This document shows, in pieces, positions 1 through 12,552 of a stretch of 64,000 nucleotides of DNA. Within the stretch, counting starts at the first letter, position 1. The number at the start of each line of letters is the position of its first letter. This DNA is from the human T2T-CHM13v2.0 reference genome, Homo sapiens. The notes under the pieces were generated by a model. That model was not told the DNA's origin. It searched no databases and saw only the letters and a program-made list of their open reading frames with translations. Location of the stretch: assembly GCF_009914755.1 (NCBI RefSeq), contig NC_060929.1. One strand, given 5' to 3'. The position numbers and the translations under genes are program-made.

Positions 1-200
1 GCTCAAATCCTGACTTTGTCACTCACTAACTCTATGACAATGAAAATGCTACTTTATCTCTCTGGGTCTTCATTTCTTCTATAAAAGGGGGGCTAATAAT
101 TTCTACCTTACAGGTTACAATTAGGATTATATTATATAGTTTATGAATGCCGTAAACTGAAGATCTCATATACATTAAGAGCTCAATAAATGCTTATCAT
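1..200 (+). mobile_element. MIR SINE fragment
   Basis: MIR core-like text: tcaaatcctgactttgtcactcactaactctatgac ... ctctgggtcttcatttctt ... ataatttctaccttacaggtt ... ctcaataaatgc. Confidence 0.65.
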
Positions 201-565
201 TATTTAATATAAAAACAGTAAGGTGTCAGAATTTTCCCTATTCAATAAGCTCTCTAATTCAATTAATTTCCCTGTGATTTTTTTTCTGTTTTAACCTCCA
301 AAATATTTTTGACAACATAAATTTAAAAAAATTATAATTTTAGAAAATACAAAAGTATGCATGGTTTCTAATTTTCTTGAAACATACCATTTTCTTCACC
401 AGTTTTTAATCTTTTAAGTAAGCACTCGTGTCCTGTGGATATCTTGGATCAGGATTTGCTGTTGTTTATTTGTACCTAATTTTCACTCTAATAAAATGGA
501 TTGGATACTATAGCACAGTATTAAAGAAAAAAAAAGAAAGAAACTAAGGAGAGCACTTATCTAGA

Positions 566-781
566 CTATGGATCTCCAAACCTTTCCTGTAAAGAGCCAA
601 ATTGTAACTATTTTTGGTTTTGTGTAATATATATTCTCTTTTGTTGCTGCTATTGTATAAACAAATGCAAATAAATTTATATTATGTAAACATGTTCCCA
701 CAGCTATGTACCAATAAAACTCTATTTACAAAGGTACATGATGGGTTGGATCTGACCCTGGGGCTGTAGTTTCCCTGGTGC
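566..781. mobile_element. MER58A-like hAT-Charlie DNA transposon (MITE)
   Basis: caaacctttcctgtaaagagccaaattgtaactattttt ... ccaataaaactctatttacaaa ... ggatctgaccctggggctgtagttt resembles the MER58A consensus as I recall it. Confidence 0.7.
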
Positions 782-1002
782 AGACCAACTAACTCAGTAA
801 TGGATGAATGTCTGGCTCTTGTCCTTATTTGCAACTTGTTTACGCTTTGCGCCTTTCCACACCTTCAAACACCAACAACATTCTTCATTTTACGATAATA
901 ACAGTAATAATTTTTAAAAGTTCACTTTTATAAAAAACTTAATATGTGCTTGAAATCAAGAAAAACACATAGAGAAGCTCACATTTGTACCCCAAATCTA
1001 TG

Positions 1003-1393
1003 TGCTATTTTATGGATTGAATATCATTCCCCCAAAATTTGCAGGTTAAACCCTAGCCCCCACAGTAACTGTATTTAGAGATAGAGCTATTAGGGAGGTA
1101 ATTAAGGTTAAATGGAATTATAAGGGAAAGACCCTAATCTAACAGGATTGGTGTCCTTATAAAAAGAGGAAGAAACACCAGAGATCTCTCTCTGAATGTG
1201 CACAAGGAAGGGTCATTTGAGGACATAGCAAAAAGGCAACCACCTGTAAACCAGGATGAGAGCCTTCACCAGAAACGGGATTTTCTGGCACCTAGGTCTT
1301 GGACTTTTCGTCTCCAGAGTGTGAGAAAATACATTTTTGTTGTTTAAACCACCCAGCCTGTGGTACTTCGTTATAGCAGCAGAGCTAACTAGT
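1003..1393 (+). mobile_element. MLT1A-type MaLR solo LTR
   Basis: gggaggtaattaaggttaaatg, ggattggtgtccttataaaaagagga, tgttgtttaaaccacccagcctgtggtac, ttatagcagc are MLT1 LTR motifs. Confidence 0.8.
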
Positions 1394-1889
1394 GTAGTTG
1401 TGGCCTTCCTGATTGACTTTGACCAAGGTTACTCCAATATCTAACCCAGTTAGATTATGAATGAGTCCTCAAATGACACTCGCTGAGGACCTTACTAATG
1501 ATGATGTCCCAAACTGCTCTTTTCATAGAAAGAAGCAGAATAGGACATCCTGTTCTTTCCTGGGCACCATCCTGGCACAGAGATCCCCTTTTCTTTCCAG
1601 TACTGAAATTAATCTTTTAAGTAAATAACATATGACAATAAATCATTCTTCAAGCATGAAGAGAGAACAGAGAGAAAGATTGTCACTTTTTGATAGGTGC
1701 CTGGAAAAAACATCAATTAAAATATTTTTCTTTCTTGATAGAATTTTCATTTGACCATGTAAAAGTTTTTCTTGGATTATTTTGAGGGATGATGCGCTGT
1801 CTTGCTGCAAGTCATTCTAGGTACTTTATTTTAATTTGCTATAGTGCTTTTAACTATTTCTCAAGTCTATGGACATCTTGCATTCTACA

Positions 1890-2190
<301 letters not shown>

Positions 2191-2746
2191 TCTACCTTAT
2201 TTTTTAACATGTATTTTCTACCCTCTTTCTCACTTCAGCAGACTTTTGCGATAGCCTTCTGCAATACACTTGTTTGTAATACGAATAATTCACATTCATA
2301 GGGGAAGGAGGTCATGGAAGACTTTCAGAATAAAGCTGCATCTTTACTGAGATGAGAAAAATTAGTATAGAGTTTGGAGAGACAAAAATTCTAAAATGGA
2401 AGGAAAAAGGGGAAGAGAAGGACCAAGAATGGATAAAGTGGTTGTGCTAGGAAGAGGGGGCAAGTGTAGAAGGGAAGGAGAGCAACACAAGGGCTGTATC
2501 TTTTACAATTTGTTTGTTTTCAAATGACCTCTTCAAAACACAGATCTGTTCAATTTCCCAACTCAAATTGGTTGAAAAATCCTACTCAGCAGCCAAACTT
2601 CATTAGAACAAAGCAAAACTAGGCAAACCTGAAATCTATGCATTCTCCTTGTCTTCCTCTTTCAGTTTTATCCTTCATGTAATCACAAAATTTCATAAAC
2701 ATTTGGTTCCAGCTATCATCCTTCCTTCCTGATTGACTACAACAGC

Positions 2747-4147
<1,401 letters not shown>

Positions 4148-5931
4148 TAATTATCTAAAGTTAGGATTTGATGGTATTGTGCTTAAAACCTTGAAGTGGC
4201 TTCTTCTGACACATGAATGCTCTGTTTACCTCTTCAGCCTCAACACTTGTGTTTCTCTCCTTCCTGTCTACACTTGAATGATTTTCTTGAAATTGTTTCC
4301 ACATGTCCCCTCTTCCTAACATAACCACTCTATCCATCCCTGCTCCTTCTCTTCCCCTTTTTCTTTCCACTTTAGAAATTTTGCCTCCCCAAACTCTATA
4401 CTATTTTTTTTCATCTCGGTAAAGATGCTGCTTTATTCTAAAAGCCTTCCATGACCTACTTCCCCATATGAATGTGAATTATTTATTCATTTGTTATGCT
4501 CCTATAACACCCTGTTCTTACACCTATATTACCCACTGTCACTGTTTACTAGCTACTTATTTACAAGTTGGTCTGTCTCACTGGAATGTGACTTCTTTAA
4601 AAAGAGACAGTTTATTATTGTTTTTATCCCTACTGCTGAATGCGATGCTGGGCATGAAGCAATTGCTCATTAAAAGTTGTTGAGTAAACTTAGACCTTTA
4701 AGATAAGAATTTTAAAAGGAAGTAATATTTAGGGCAGACACTCTCAGTTCTGATCAGTAACATAAAGCCTCTACAAGGATAGAGAAGGGAACTTATTTTT
4801 CAAAGAACTTAGGGATTCTGCATTCTCTTCCAGGTACAGATTAAAAATTGTTAGCACTGATGGAAACAGCTGGCATTGTTGGAAATAAGCTAGCTCCATG
4901 AAATATGAACTTATGAAATGTACCCATCTCCCTCTGAAGAAGGCTATAATCATGAGGTGGTTCTCAGAAATATTAGATAAGCTGCAGCTAAAAAGGAGGG
5001 CAAAGAGTAGCATGACCCCAGAAAAAAATATCCTGTTAAGTGTATTTTTTTTTGTAATTAACATTGTACTTTCAACTAATTAATTGTTTTTTATTAGCTA
5101 AATACATAATGTGTAGTTGACAAAGATCTCAATCAGGAAAAGGTATTTCTTTAAGGTTGATAAGATCCTGGATTGACAGAACTGGAAGAGACTTAGAGAT
5201 AATTTATCCAATATCCTTAATACATGGAGATCCTGAAGCTGAGAGGAACAGTGATTTTCTGAGCAAACCTAAGTGAGTATAAATCAGAAATAAAAATTTA
5301 AGTGAATGGCTTGTAATCTCATGTTCTTTACACCACATCCTTTAGCCTCATGAATCCTAGTCTTGTGTTCTCTGTATAAATAATATTGTCTATCTGATTG
5401 TGTTTTCAGGCAAAAGGAATGGAATTTGTATTCAGTGATCTTAGAAAATTGTTAGTTATCTGCAGAAATGGTCACTTCTGCTTATTTGTAGAATATTTCA
5501 ATTTTATATCTACAGGACATGAGGTAGAAAAAGTACACTTGTAGATTTAATCCGCATATAGCAATGGGGTTAGTGATAAAAAGTGAATTCCAATGCCTTG
5601 ACTTACATGAAAGAAATCCACAGGGTCAGTTATACAATGAAAGGCTGTCAGCTATTATATTCTTACTTTGGAATCAACTTTGTTCCTGTAGTTTTAAGTA
5701 AAAAGAGTTGGCAGAAATTCTACTGCTAAGATCTCTAAAAGTGAGCTCTTAAACATATTTGCTTATGTTCTAGCCTTTGTTTGTAGAACAGGCATTGAGG
5801 AGTTGAACAGGAAATGTCACATTCTTTAGCCAGGAGCTATTCCTATACACTCAGAAGCAGCAGCTGGATGAGCTCCAGCTGTAAGGGTTTACTCAGGAAC
5901 TTCTGGTAGGGATGCTCACCCTCAGATTAGC

Positions 5932-6380
5932 TGTCTTAGTTCATTTTGTTTTGCTATACAGAATATTTGAGGCTAGGTAAATTATAAAGGAAAGAGTTTT
6001 TTTTTTTTTTTTTTAGCTCATTGTTCTACAAGCTAAGTTCAAGAGCATAGCACCACATCTGGCTGGCTTCTGGTGAGGCGACATTCTGGGTCAAAACATG
6101 GTGGAGAAGCATTAAAGTGAGTGGCATGTTCAAAGAGATCTCATGACAAGAGAGTAAGGAAGAGAGAGAATCTAGGAAGCTGAACTCAATTTTATAACAC
6201 CTGCTTTCTGGTAACTAATCCAGTCCTTCAATAGTGAGAACCCACTCACTACCAAGGGAGGACATTAATCTATTCATGAGAAATACATATATTTTGGGGT
6301 TCTCCAAGGCTCAAACACCTTCCACTAGGCCTCACCTCCCAACATTTACACATCGGAGATCAAATTGCAACATGACCTTT
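5932..6380 (-). mobile_element. MST/MLT1A-type MaLR LTR just upstream of the Kazal gene promoter
   Basis: tgtcttagttcattttgttttgctata ... ggcttctggtgagg ... cattaatctattcatgag ... ccactaggcctcacctcccaac ... caaattgcaacatga. Confidence 0.75.
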
Positions 6381-6515
6381 GGCATGTTTAAATGCCATGT
6401 GGTTTGGCATGTGCTTTTCCTTGACAAATGAAGCAAATACCCTATCTTGAGTTAACAGACAATCATCATGGAAAAGGTCAATCTTGGATGTGGGAGGGAC
6501 CCTGCCTTGTTTGTG

Positions 6516-6523
6516 TATTTATA
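6516..6523 (+). promoter_or_regulatory. Candidate TATA box (TATTTATA) of the double-headed Kazal gene
   Basis: TATTTATA ends 83 nt upstream of the ATG at 6607, a spacing compatible with a short 5'UTR; function inferred. Confidence 0.5.
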
Positions 6524-6606
6524 CCTCTATGGGATAGACCACTCTTCTCTCTCTGGACTCCTTGGCTCAGAGCAGCATATCTCCATCATTGGCATTCACC
6601 ATCACT

Positions 6607-6673
6607 ATGAAGGGCTTCACTGCTTTTGCCATCCTTGGTCTAGCAGTCACTGCTTGGGCTACCTCGCCATATG
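6607..6673 (+). CDS. Exon 1 of double-headed Kazal gene: signal peptide [22 protein letters not shown]
   Basis: ACTATGA Kozak (A at -3), basic-hydrophobic-AWA signal peptide pattern, 67 nt, phase 1, followed by G|GCAAGT. Confidence 0.85.
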
Positions 6674-7269
6674 GCAAGTCAGGGTTTCTTTCCAATAGTC
6701 ACGCGTTTATGTTAACTGTAATATATTCAGCCTTCATTAAATTATAAATGTTAATGTCTAAAGAAAATTTAGAAGGCATCTGTTTGAATTGGCCTGATTA
6801 ACAAAAGTGAGTTGAGTCAGATCTTTAGTGTGAGGAAGAGAGACTGAGGAGAGGGATAAAAGGATTGTGGCTGTATGTTCCATTCCTGAGCAGGATCCCT
6901 CAGGTTTATGACTTGCCCTTTCAGAAACAACCTATAAAGCTTTGGGACCATAACCCATGCCATCCTACTCAGAGGATGCCCACAGGAACTCCTGGACATC
7001 TGTGACAGTCCTTTCTCAATAAACAGAGCTTTCCCCACTGGATTTTTTTTTTTTTTAAATCAGAGCCACATGCATGTCTATCTTCATCCTGAGTTTGGAC
7101 TTGCATGAAGAAATGGCCTCTTTTAGGGCTGGGCTGGGCAAGGACTATTGCTGGGAAATGGGTTTTGGTTACCATGAACAATGGGGATTTAGCTTTGCAC
7201 TTCTAACTGTGCAATTTGTTCTTTCTCCAACTGCTCCTCTTCAATTGATTCTTGCTTCGCTCTCTTCTG

Positions 7270-7292
7270 GTGATCAAACAAAAGGGACAAAG
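7270..7292 (+). CDS. Exon 2 (small linker exon GDQTKGTK; alternatively 8-nt micro-exon 7285-7292, GTK)
   Basis: Strong donor AAG|GTGAGT at 7293; branch point TTCTAAC at 7201 and a long pyrimidine tract ending CTTCTG; converts phase 1 to phase 0 as required. Confidence 0.65.
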
Positions 7293-7818
7293 GTGAGTGC
7301 AACCTTCTCTGTGTGGTATTTGTAAAAATGAAGTCATAGTGAATGTGTAAATAGAGCTGTGAAAGTAGCTAAACTGGCTCACAGTGGATTCACGTAACTC
7401 CTCTGGAGGTAAAAACATGTCTGCTCTGCGCCTTCCTGGTGGTATTTCCTTCTCTAAAGCTTGCACAAGGAACCTCTTCTCAAAAGAACCGCAGATAAAG
7501 TAAACTTTTATCTTTGTATAGTATTTTAAATTTTCTGAGCATTTTTCACATTCCTTATTCTTTTAGACTTTCATTAGAATCCTTAAAGGAGAGATTGATA
7601 TTTCCTTGTTAAACAGAAAATTCCCTTATTATTTAGCGCATGTTCTGGTCTGTTTATTTCTGTAGCACAACACCTGGTCCATAGAAGTTCTTCAGATGTG
7701 TTTGTTGAAAAGCTGAAGAGGCTAGTTTTCTTTCCACTTCCTTCCCCTTCAACATCTTCATATAAGAATAGAATTTAATAATGGGAATACAGGGCATTAT
7801 TTTTTGTTCCAACTATAG

Positions 7819-7937
7819 GTGAACTGTTCCAGATACATTAAAGGCTTAAAGACTGCATGCCCAAGAGACTGGAGACCAATATGTGGCACAGATCAGAAAA
7901 CTTACAGTAATGAATGCATGTTTTGCATGCAAAACCA
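7819..7937 (+). CDS. Exon 3: Kazal domain 1, Cys1-Cys5, P1 = Arg
   Basis: ttccaactatag| [39 protein letters not shown](Q); expected phase-2 donor reads CA|GGAAGT. Confidence 0.92.
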
Positions 7938-8197
7938 GGAAGTGTTATACTCAATTTGAAGCCCCAATTCTTCTTTTTTTATGATTATAAAGCCCACACT
8001 GGCCAAAATCTTGGTCTTTTAAAACATGGCTTGACAAATGCCACTTTTTGTGTGCTTCCTCAATACCCCATGCACAATGCTCTGTTAAAGTTGTGAAAAA
8101 GAAAAGCTTAGCTATATGTCTAAAGAAATATACATATATGTGTATATGTGGATTTACATATGTAAATATATATATGTGTATGTTTGTGTACTTGTTG

Positions 8198-8231
8198 GAA
8201 GTAATGGCAAAAACTGCAATTACTTTTGTAC
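8198..8231. mobile_element. MADE1 (mariner-derived) half element within TA-rich simple repeat
   Basis: aagtaatggcaaaaactgcaattacttttgtac matches one arm of the MADE1 palindrome. Confidence 0.65.
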
Positions 8232-8704
8232 ATATATATACATATATAAAATATATTGGTTATTCAACCAAATTCTCATTCACATTATACACTATCTTTT
8301 GGGTATTAGCTGTTACCTATATGCATTTGATACCCACATTGCATTTAAGGAAACAGTCTCAAGCAGGAAATATATATTGGTTACATTTTCATGAATCTCC
8401 TATACTTTTCTTCCTCCACAGGATAATTTTGAGGATAGCTATTTCTATTTAGGCTGTTAGCCATAGACACATAAAACCTTGTGAACTTATATGGAAATAT
8501 ATGACTTTGATCTATCCTTTAGAATTTGTGTTTCCTCTCATGATCGTCTAGAAAAGTTGAGGGAAGAGAATGATAGTACAAATGAATAGTTGGAATTAGC
8601 ATATCCCCACCACTACTAGCACTACAAGTTTAATATTAAGTCTTTACTTTTAACAAGATCTGAGACTTTAGAAGAATGAAACAATGATTATTACCAGCCT
8701 TCCA

Positions 8705-8935
8705 GTAGTATGAATTCAATACTTTATGATTCATGGTTAAAATCATGGGCTTTGGTGTCAAACATTCGGATTAGAATCCAGACTCCACTTTGTAGATTAT
8801 GCAAATACCCAAGTTACTACAAGCTTCAGTGTTCTTATCTCTAAGACAGAAATTATAATAGAATTTAGGATTCACTGTGATAAAGCATGCCAAATCTTAG
8901 CTAAGTAGCCAACACAGAGTGCTTTATAGAAGTAA
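8705..8935 (+). mobile_element. MIR SINE
   Basis: tggttaaaatcatgggctttggtgtcaaac ... gaatccagactccact ... cttcagtgttcttatctctaag. Confidence 0.65.
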
Positions 8936-9522
8936 GCTCCTTTTTTCTTATCTTTTTCTTCCTTCTTTTCTCCTATTTTCTAGTCCTTTTGAAAATTTAA
9001 AGTCAAGTGTCACAGCAAGTGTTATCCAGAATAAGGTCTCTCAGTATATGTTAGCTCACACACTAATGCAACCAGAAGAGATTAAAATTATATTATCTCA
9101 TATCCTGTTTTTAGAGAGCAGAAATCTAATATTTAGAAAGAAGTGACTATACCAAAATTGTACAGACTTTAAGTGGCAGGGAAAGATTTGGGTGTATTTT
9201 CTTTTTCTTAATTGCAAAGTTAAGAATGTTTTCACACTATATTATGTCTTAGATTCTCACTGAATATTCACAGGATTTTAAAAAATGCTCAATCTACTTT
9301 TAGTGTTGATTTTATGTTTTTATATTCTTACTTGATTCAAAAATGTTCATATATTAAAGATGTTTACTATCAGTATTAACCAACTGGGATAGTTATTCAA
9401 GAAGAGCTTCTCATTCTCAGTCTAGGTCAGACAACAAAGAAATAACATATGACTATTTTACTCTATAGACTATGAAATCTCAAATTATCACATTATGCAT
9501 TCAATAAAATCTTCTCTTCCAG

Positions 9523-9565
9523 AGATCAAGAATTTCAACTCAGAAAACTTCATGAAGGTAAATGT
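9523..9565 (+). CDS. Exon 4: C-terminal part of Kazal domain 1 (Q)DQEFQLRKLHEGKC
   Basis: cttctcttccag| a gat caa gaa ttt caa ctc aga aaa ctt cat gaa ggt aaa tgt |gtaagt; both splice sites canonical, phase 2 to phase 0. Confidence 0.92.
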
Positions 9566-10816
9566 GTAAGTATATGCAGAAATTTTATTAATTCTTAATT
9601 CTTAATTCTTGATGTAAAATATGCCTCATTTTCGTAGAAAACAACCATTTAAAAATACATATTCTAAAAATTACCTATGACTATTTATATTCATAGATAA
9701 GGCATCTGGCCAACCTAAGCAGATCTGAAATATAGCAGAGGAAGAGTTCACAAACCTTATTTATAGCCCTTAATTGGAATATGTTGCTATCCATATAGTT
9801 ATTTTCTAACATTGCAATTAACTAGAAGGTTAAGGTGAGGATTTCAAGGAAAATTAGGAACTTAAGACGCTTTTATAACAATAAAAAAGTTATAAATAAA
9901 GTATGAAAAAATTTAAAAACAAGCGTAGACACAATTAATTCAGGGGTAAAAAGCTAGGTGGGTGGAGTGTCAATAATTCTAATAGAGTTTAAAATGTGAT
10001 ATAAGATAATTATAAACATGGGGTTGTGACAATAAAGACAGTTCATTTTTAGGACGGGCACCTAACCAAATTTGATGGGTGAGAAAGAGAAGTATCATCG
10101 TGAAACTGTTCTATAAGTAGTTAAAATGACATTTAAAGAAGGAGTGGGAATTGTCCTGATAGATACAGTTGGTAAAAGTTAGGCAAGATAGGAAAACAGC
10201 AAGAGCAAAAGCACAAACATATCCAGGGGCAGGAAATACTTGGGAACTCAGTCCTGAGGTTTAATTAGAGTAAGATGCAGAAGACATTGCAGACAAACCT
10301 GAAGAGATAAGCATGAGTCAGGAGAGGATTATCTCCTAATGGAGAATCAGTTAAGTATTTGAAGAGCAATATCTATTTTGCTTTTTAAAAGATCAGTCTG
10401 GCATCAGTGTGGAGAGTGATTGAAACCTCAGATAAGCATAGAGAATGGGCAGAGAATTAGCAGAAAACTGGGGTCGTTTGAACAGGACATATTGAGGGCT
10501 TGAATAAAGTGGATGACAGTATGATGAGGAGAGGACTGACTCAGAAATGAAGTACCAGATAGAATCCACAAGGTGTATTCATCACTTAGATATAGGGAAT
10601 TAGTGAGAGGGAGGGCCTAAACTGGACTGAGCTGTCCCTAGCTGTGACAAGACTCCCAGCCTTGTTGAGACAGAGTATGTAAAGTGCAGCAGCTATATTT
10701 TTTGCATATGGAATTTTGGAATGAATGATCTTTTAAGATATTTTAAAAGTTTGTTTTCTATGATTTAATTATTTGAAAGATAAAACATGTTTGTTTGTTT
10801 GTTTCTGATGGAGCAG

Positions 10817-10923
10817 ATTCAGTGTACCAGGTATTCTGAGGCATGTACCATGGACTACACACTTCACTGTGGATCTGATGGAAATGTATATTCCAACAGA
10901 TGTACCTTTTGCAATACCGTTGT
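10817..10923 (+). CDS. Exon 5: Kazal domain 2, Cys1-Cys5, P1 = Met
   Basis: gagcag| [35 protein letters not shown](V) |gtaagt; CGSDG-x-x-Y-S-N-x-C-x-F-C signature; in-frame tandem acceptor GAG-CAG (10814 or 10817). Confidence 0.95.
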
Positions 10924-11381
10924 GTAAGTGCTGAATTTAATGTATTATTTGCAGAACTAGCCTCTCTCAGAAATAGCCGGAAACAATCTTAGTACCTAAC
11001 AGGCTAGATGTTACTATGAAGCATAAGACTATGATTATTATCATAATATTTTACCAAAAAAAAGAAAAGAAAAGAAGAAAAGAGAGAGGAAAAGAGGAAG
11101 AAAATACATAAGGAAAAAATTGATGCTAAGAAAATAAAAAATTTGATCAATATCGCTAAGTGGCTGCTAAGAGAAAAATTTACAGACTCTTTGGTTTCTG
11201 ACTCTGGCTCTTATTACCATGAAACGTCTCTTTTCTACCATGTTAAAGCTTATTGATTAATTACTCAGTTTTTTAATGCCATGTACTCATCTAGCTGGCT
11301 TAATCTAAAAATATGAAACTTCTCATTTAATATTTCCAAAGCCATCCTTTTAAAAAATAATAATAATAACTTTTCTTGTAG

Positions 11382-11427
11382 GAAGAGCCAAGGTGCAATT
11401 TGGTTGAAAAATTATGGATTGTGCTGA
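11382..11427 (+). CDS. Exon 6: C-terminal part of Kazal domain 2 (V)[14 protein letters not shown]
   Basis: ttttcttgtag|g aag agc caa ggt gca att tgg ttg aaa aat tat gga ttg tgc tga; 46 coding nt, same size and phase as the last SPINK14 exon. Confidence 0.93.
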
Positions 11428-12552
11428 ATCTCCCTGATGCTTAAGGATATCAAGTCTCCTTTGGCAGATTCCACTTAGATAACCAGTTTGTCTTGGACGG
11501 CTGAGGAGGCAAGCAATAATCTGGTACAAACATGGATTTGAGTCTTCAACAAAGTATTCTCAGCAAGGAACTGACTATCAGTCCTATCTGTGGATGTGAT
11601 TCTTCTCTTAAGGAGAATATCTATGGTCATTTTCCTAAGCTAAAAATCATATAGAAAGATTTTCTCTATTTCTATACAAATTGGGAACTAGATATTATAC
11701 ACACAATGGTGAGAAGAGAATATGCTTATATCATGTTTAAAAGACTCAATTGTTTTAAGTAAACATGAGTCAGAGGATGGATCTGTCCATTGGTCTCATA
11801 TTATCTTTGGCACACTAATGAAGTGAAAAATTTAGATTTGGAGAAAGTGAGAATCCAAAATACTATACACTAATCAGAACAGACCAGTCATAACGTATAT
11901 TTTAGGTGTCATCATTTAAAGAGGACTCAGTCACGTATGGGCACATGCAAAAAAGGCATTATGTTGAAGGGAGAGAGACATTAAAAACAAGATCTGATTG
12001 ATTAAATGTTGAAGTCACTAAAAGGCCTCAGGAAAATATGATGGAGGTGGGAATGATGAGGGTATATTCAAAACCATCCTGAGAGAGAAACTCCAGAATT
12101 TTCTCATCTAGCATGCCATAGAAAGCACCCAGAGAATTAATTCAACTTGCTGAGATAGATATTTCATCTTGAAGGAGAAAAGAATTTTCCAGTAGTAAGT
12201 TTAGAACACAGTAATGCCCTATAAATTTAACTGTGGAGAGCACATGGTTTTTAAACACAGGTTGGTTAAATACATGCCAAATATGCAGTAGAGATGTGTG
12301 TATGTGTGTGTGTGTGTGTTTTCCTAGCAACATGTATAGAAAAGTAATGAAGGGTAAGGCAATGTTTTGTGTGGGGAAAAGCAATACTAATGGGCAAAAG
12401 AAGAATCCGTTTCATAAAGAAATTTTCAGACTAGTGAGAGAGACATACTTTTAAGGAGTTAATTACTATACAATGTCACAAGGACCATACTATTAGAAGT
12501 TTAATCAAGACAAAAAGAAAGATATGAGGTGTTAATGACATACTATATCAAT

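Larger units (their letters stand above)
6607..11427 (+). pseudogene. Double-headed (two-Kazal-domain) secreted protease inhibitor gene, bikazin-like; probable splice-defective pseudogene
   Basis: Exons 6607-6673, 7270-7292, 7819-7937, 9523-9565, 10817-10923, 11382-11427 join with matching phases (1,0,2,0,2) to [134 protein letters not shown] (134 aa, 12 Cys). Non-canonical sites: GC donor 6674, TG acceptor 7268-7269, GG donor 7938. Confidence 0.9.

Noticed and set aside
2236-2280. Stretch translating [14 protein letters not shown], reminiscent of the Kazal QTY..CAFCN motif
   Set aside because: Lacks Cys1-Cys4, the conserved Asn and a phase-2 GT donor; too short to support as an exon remnant.
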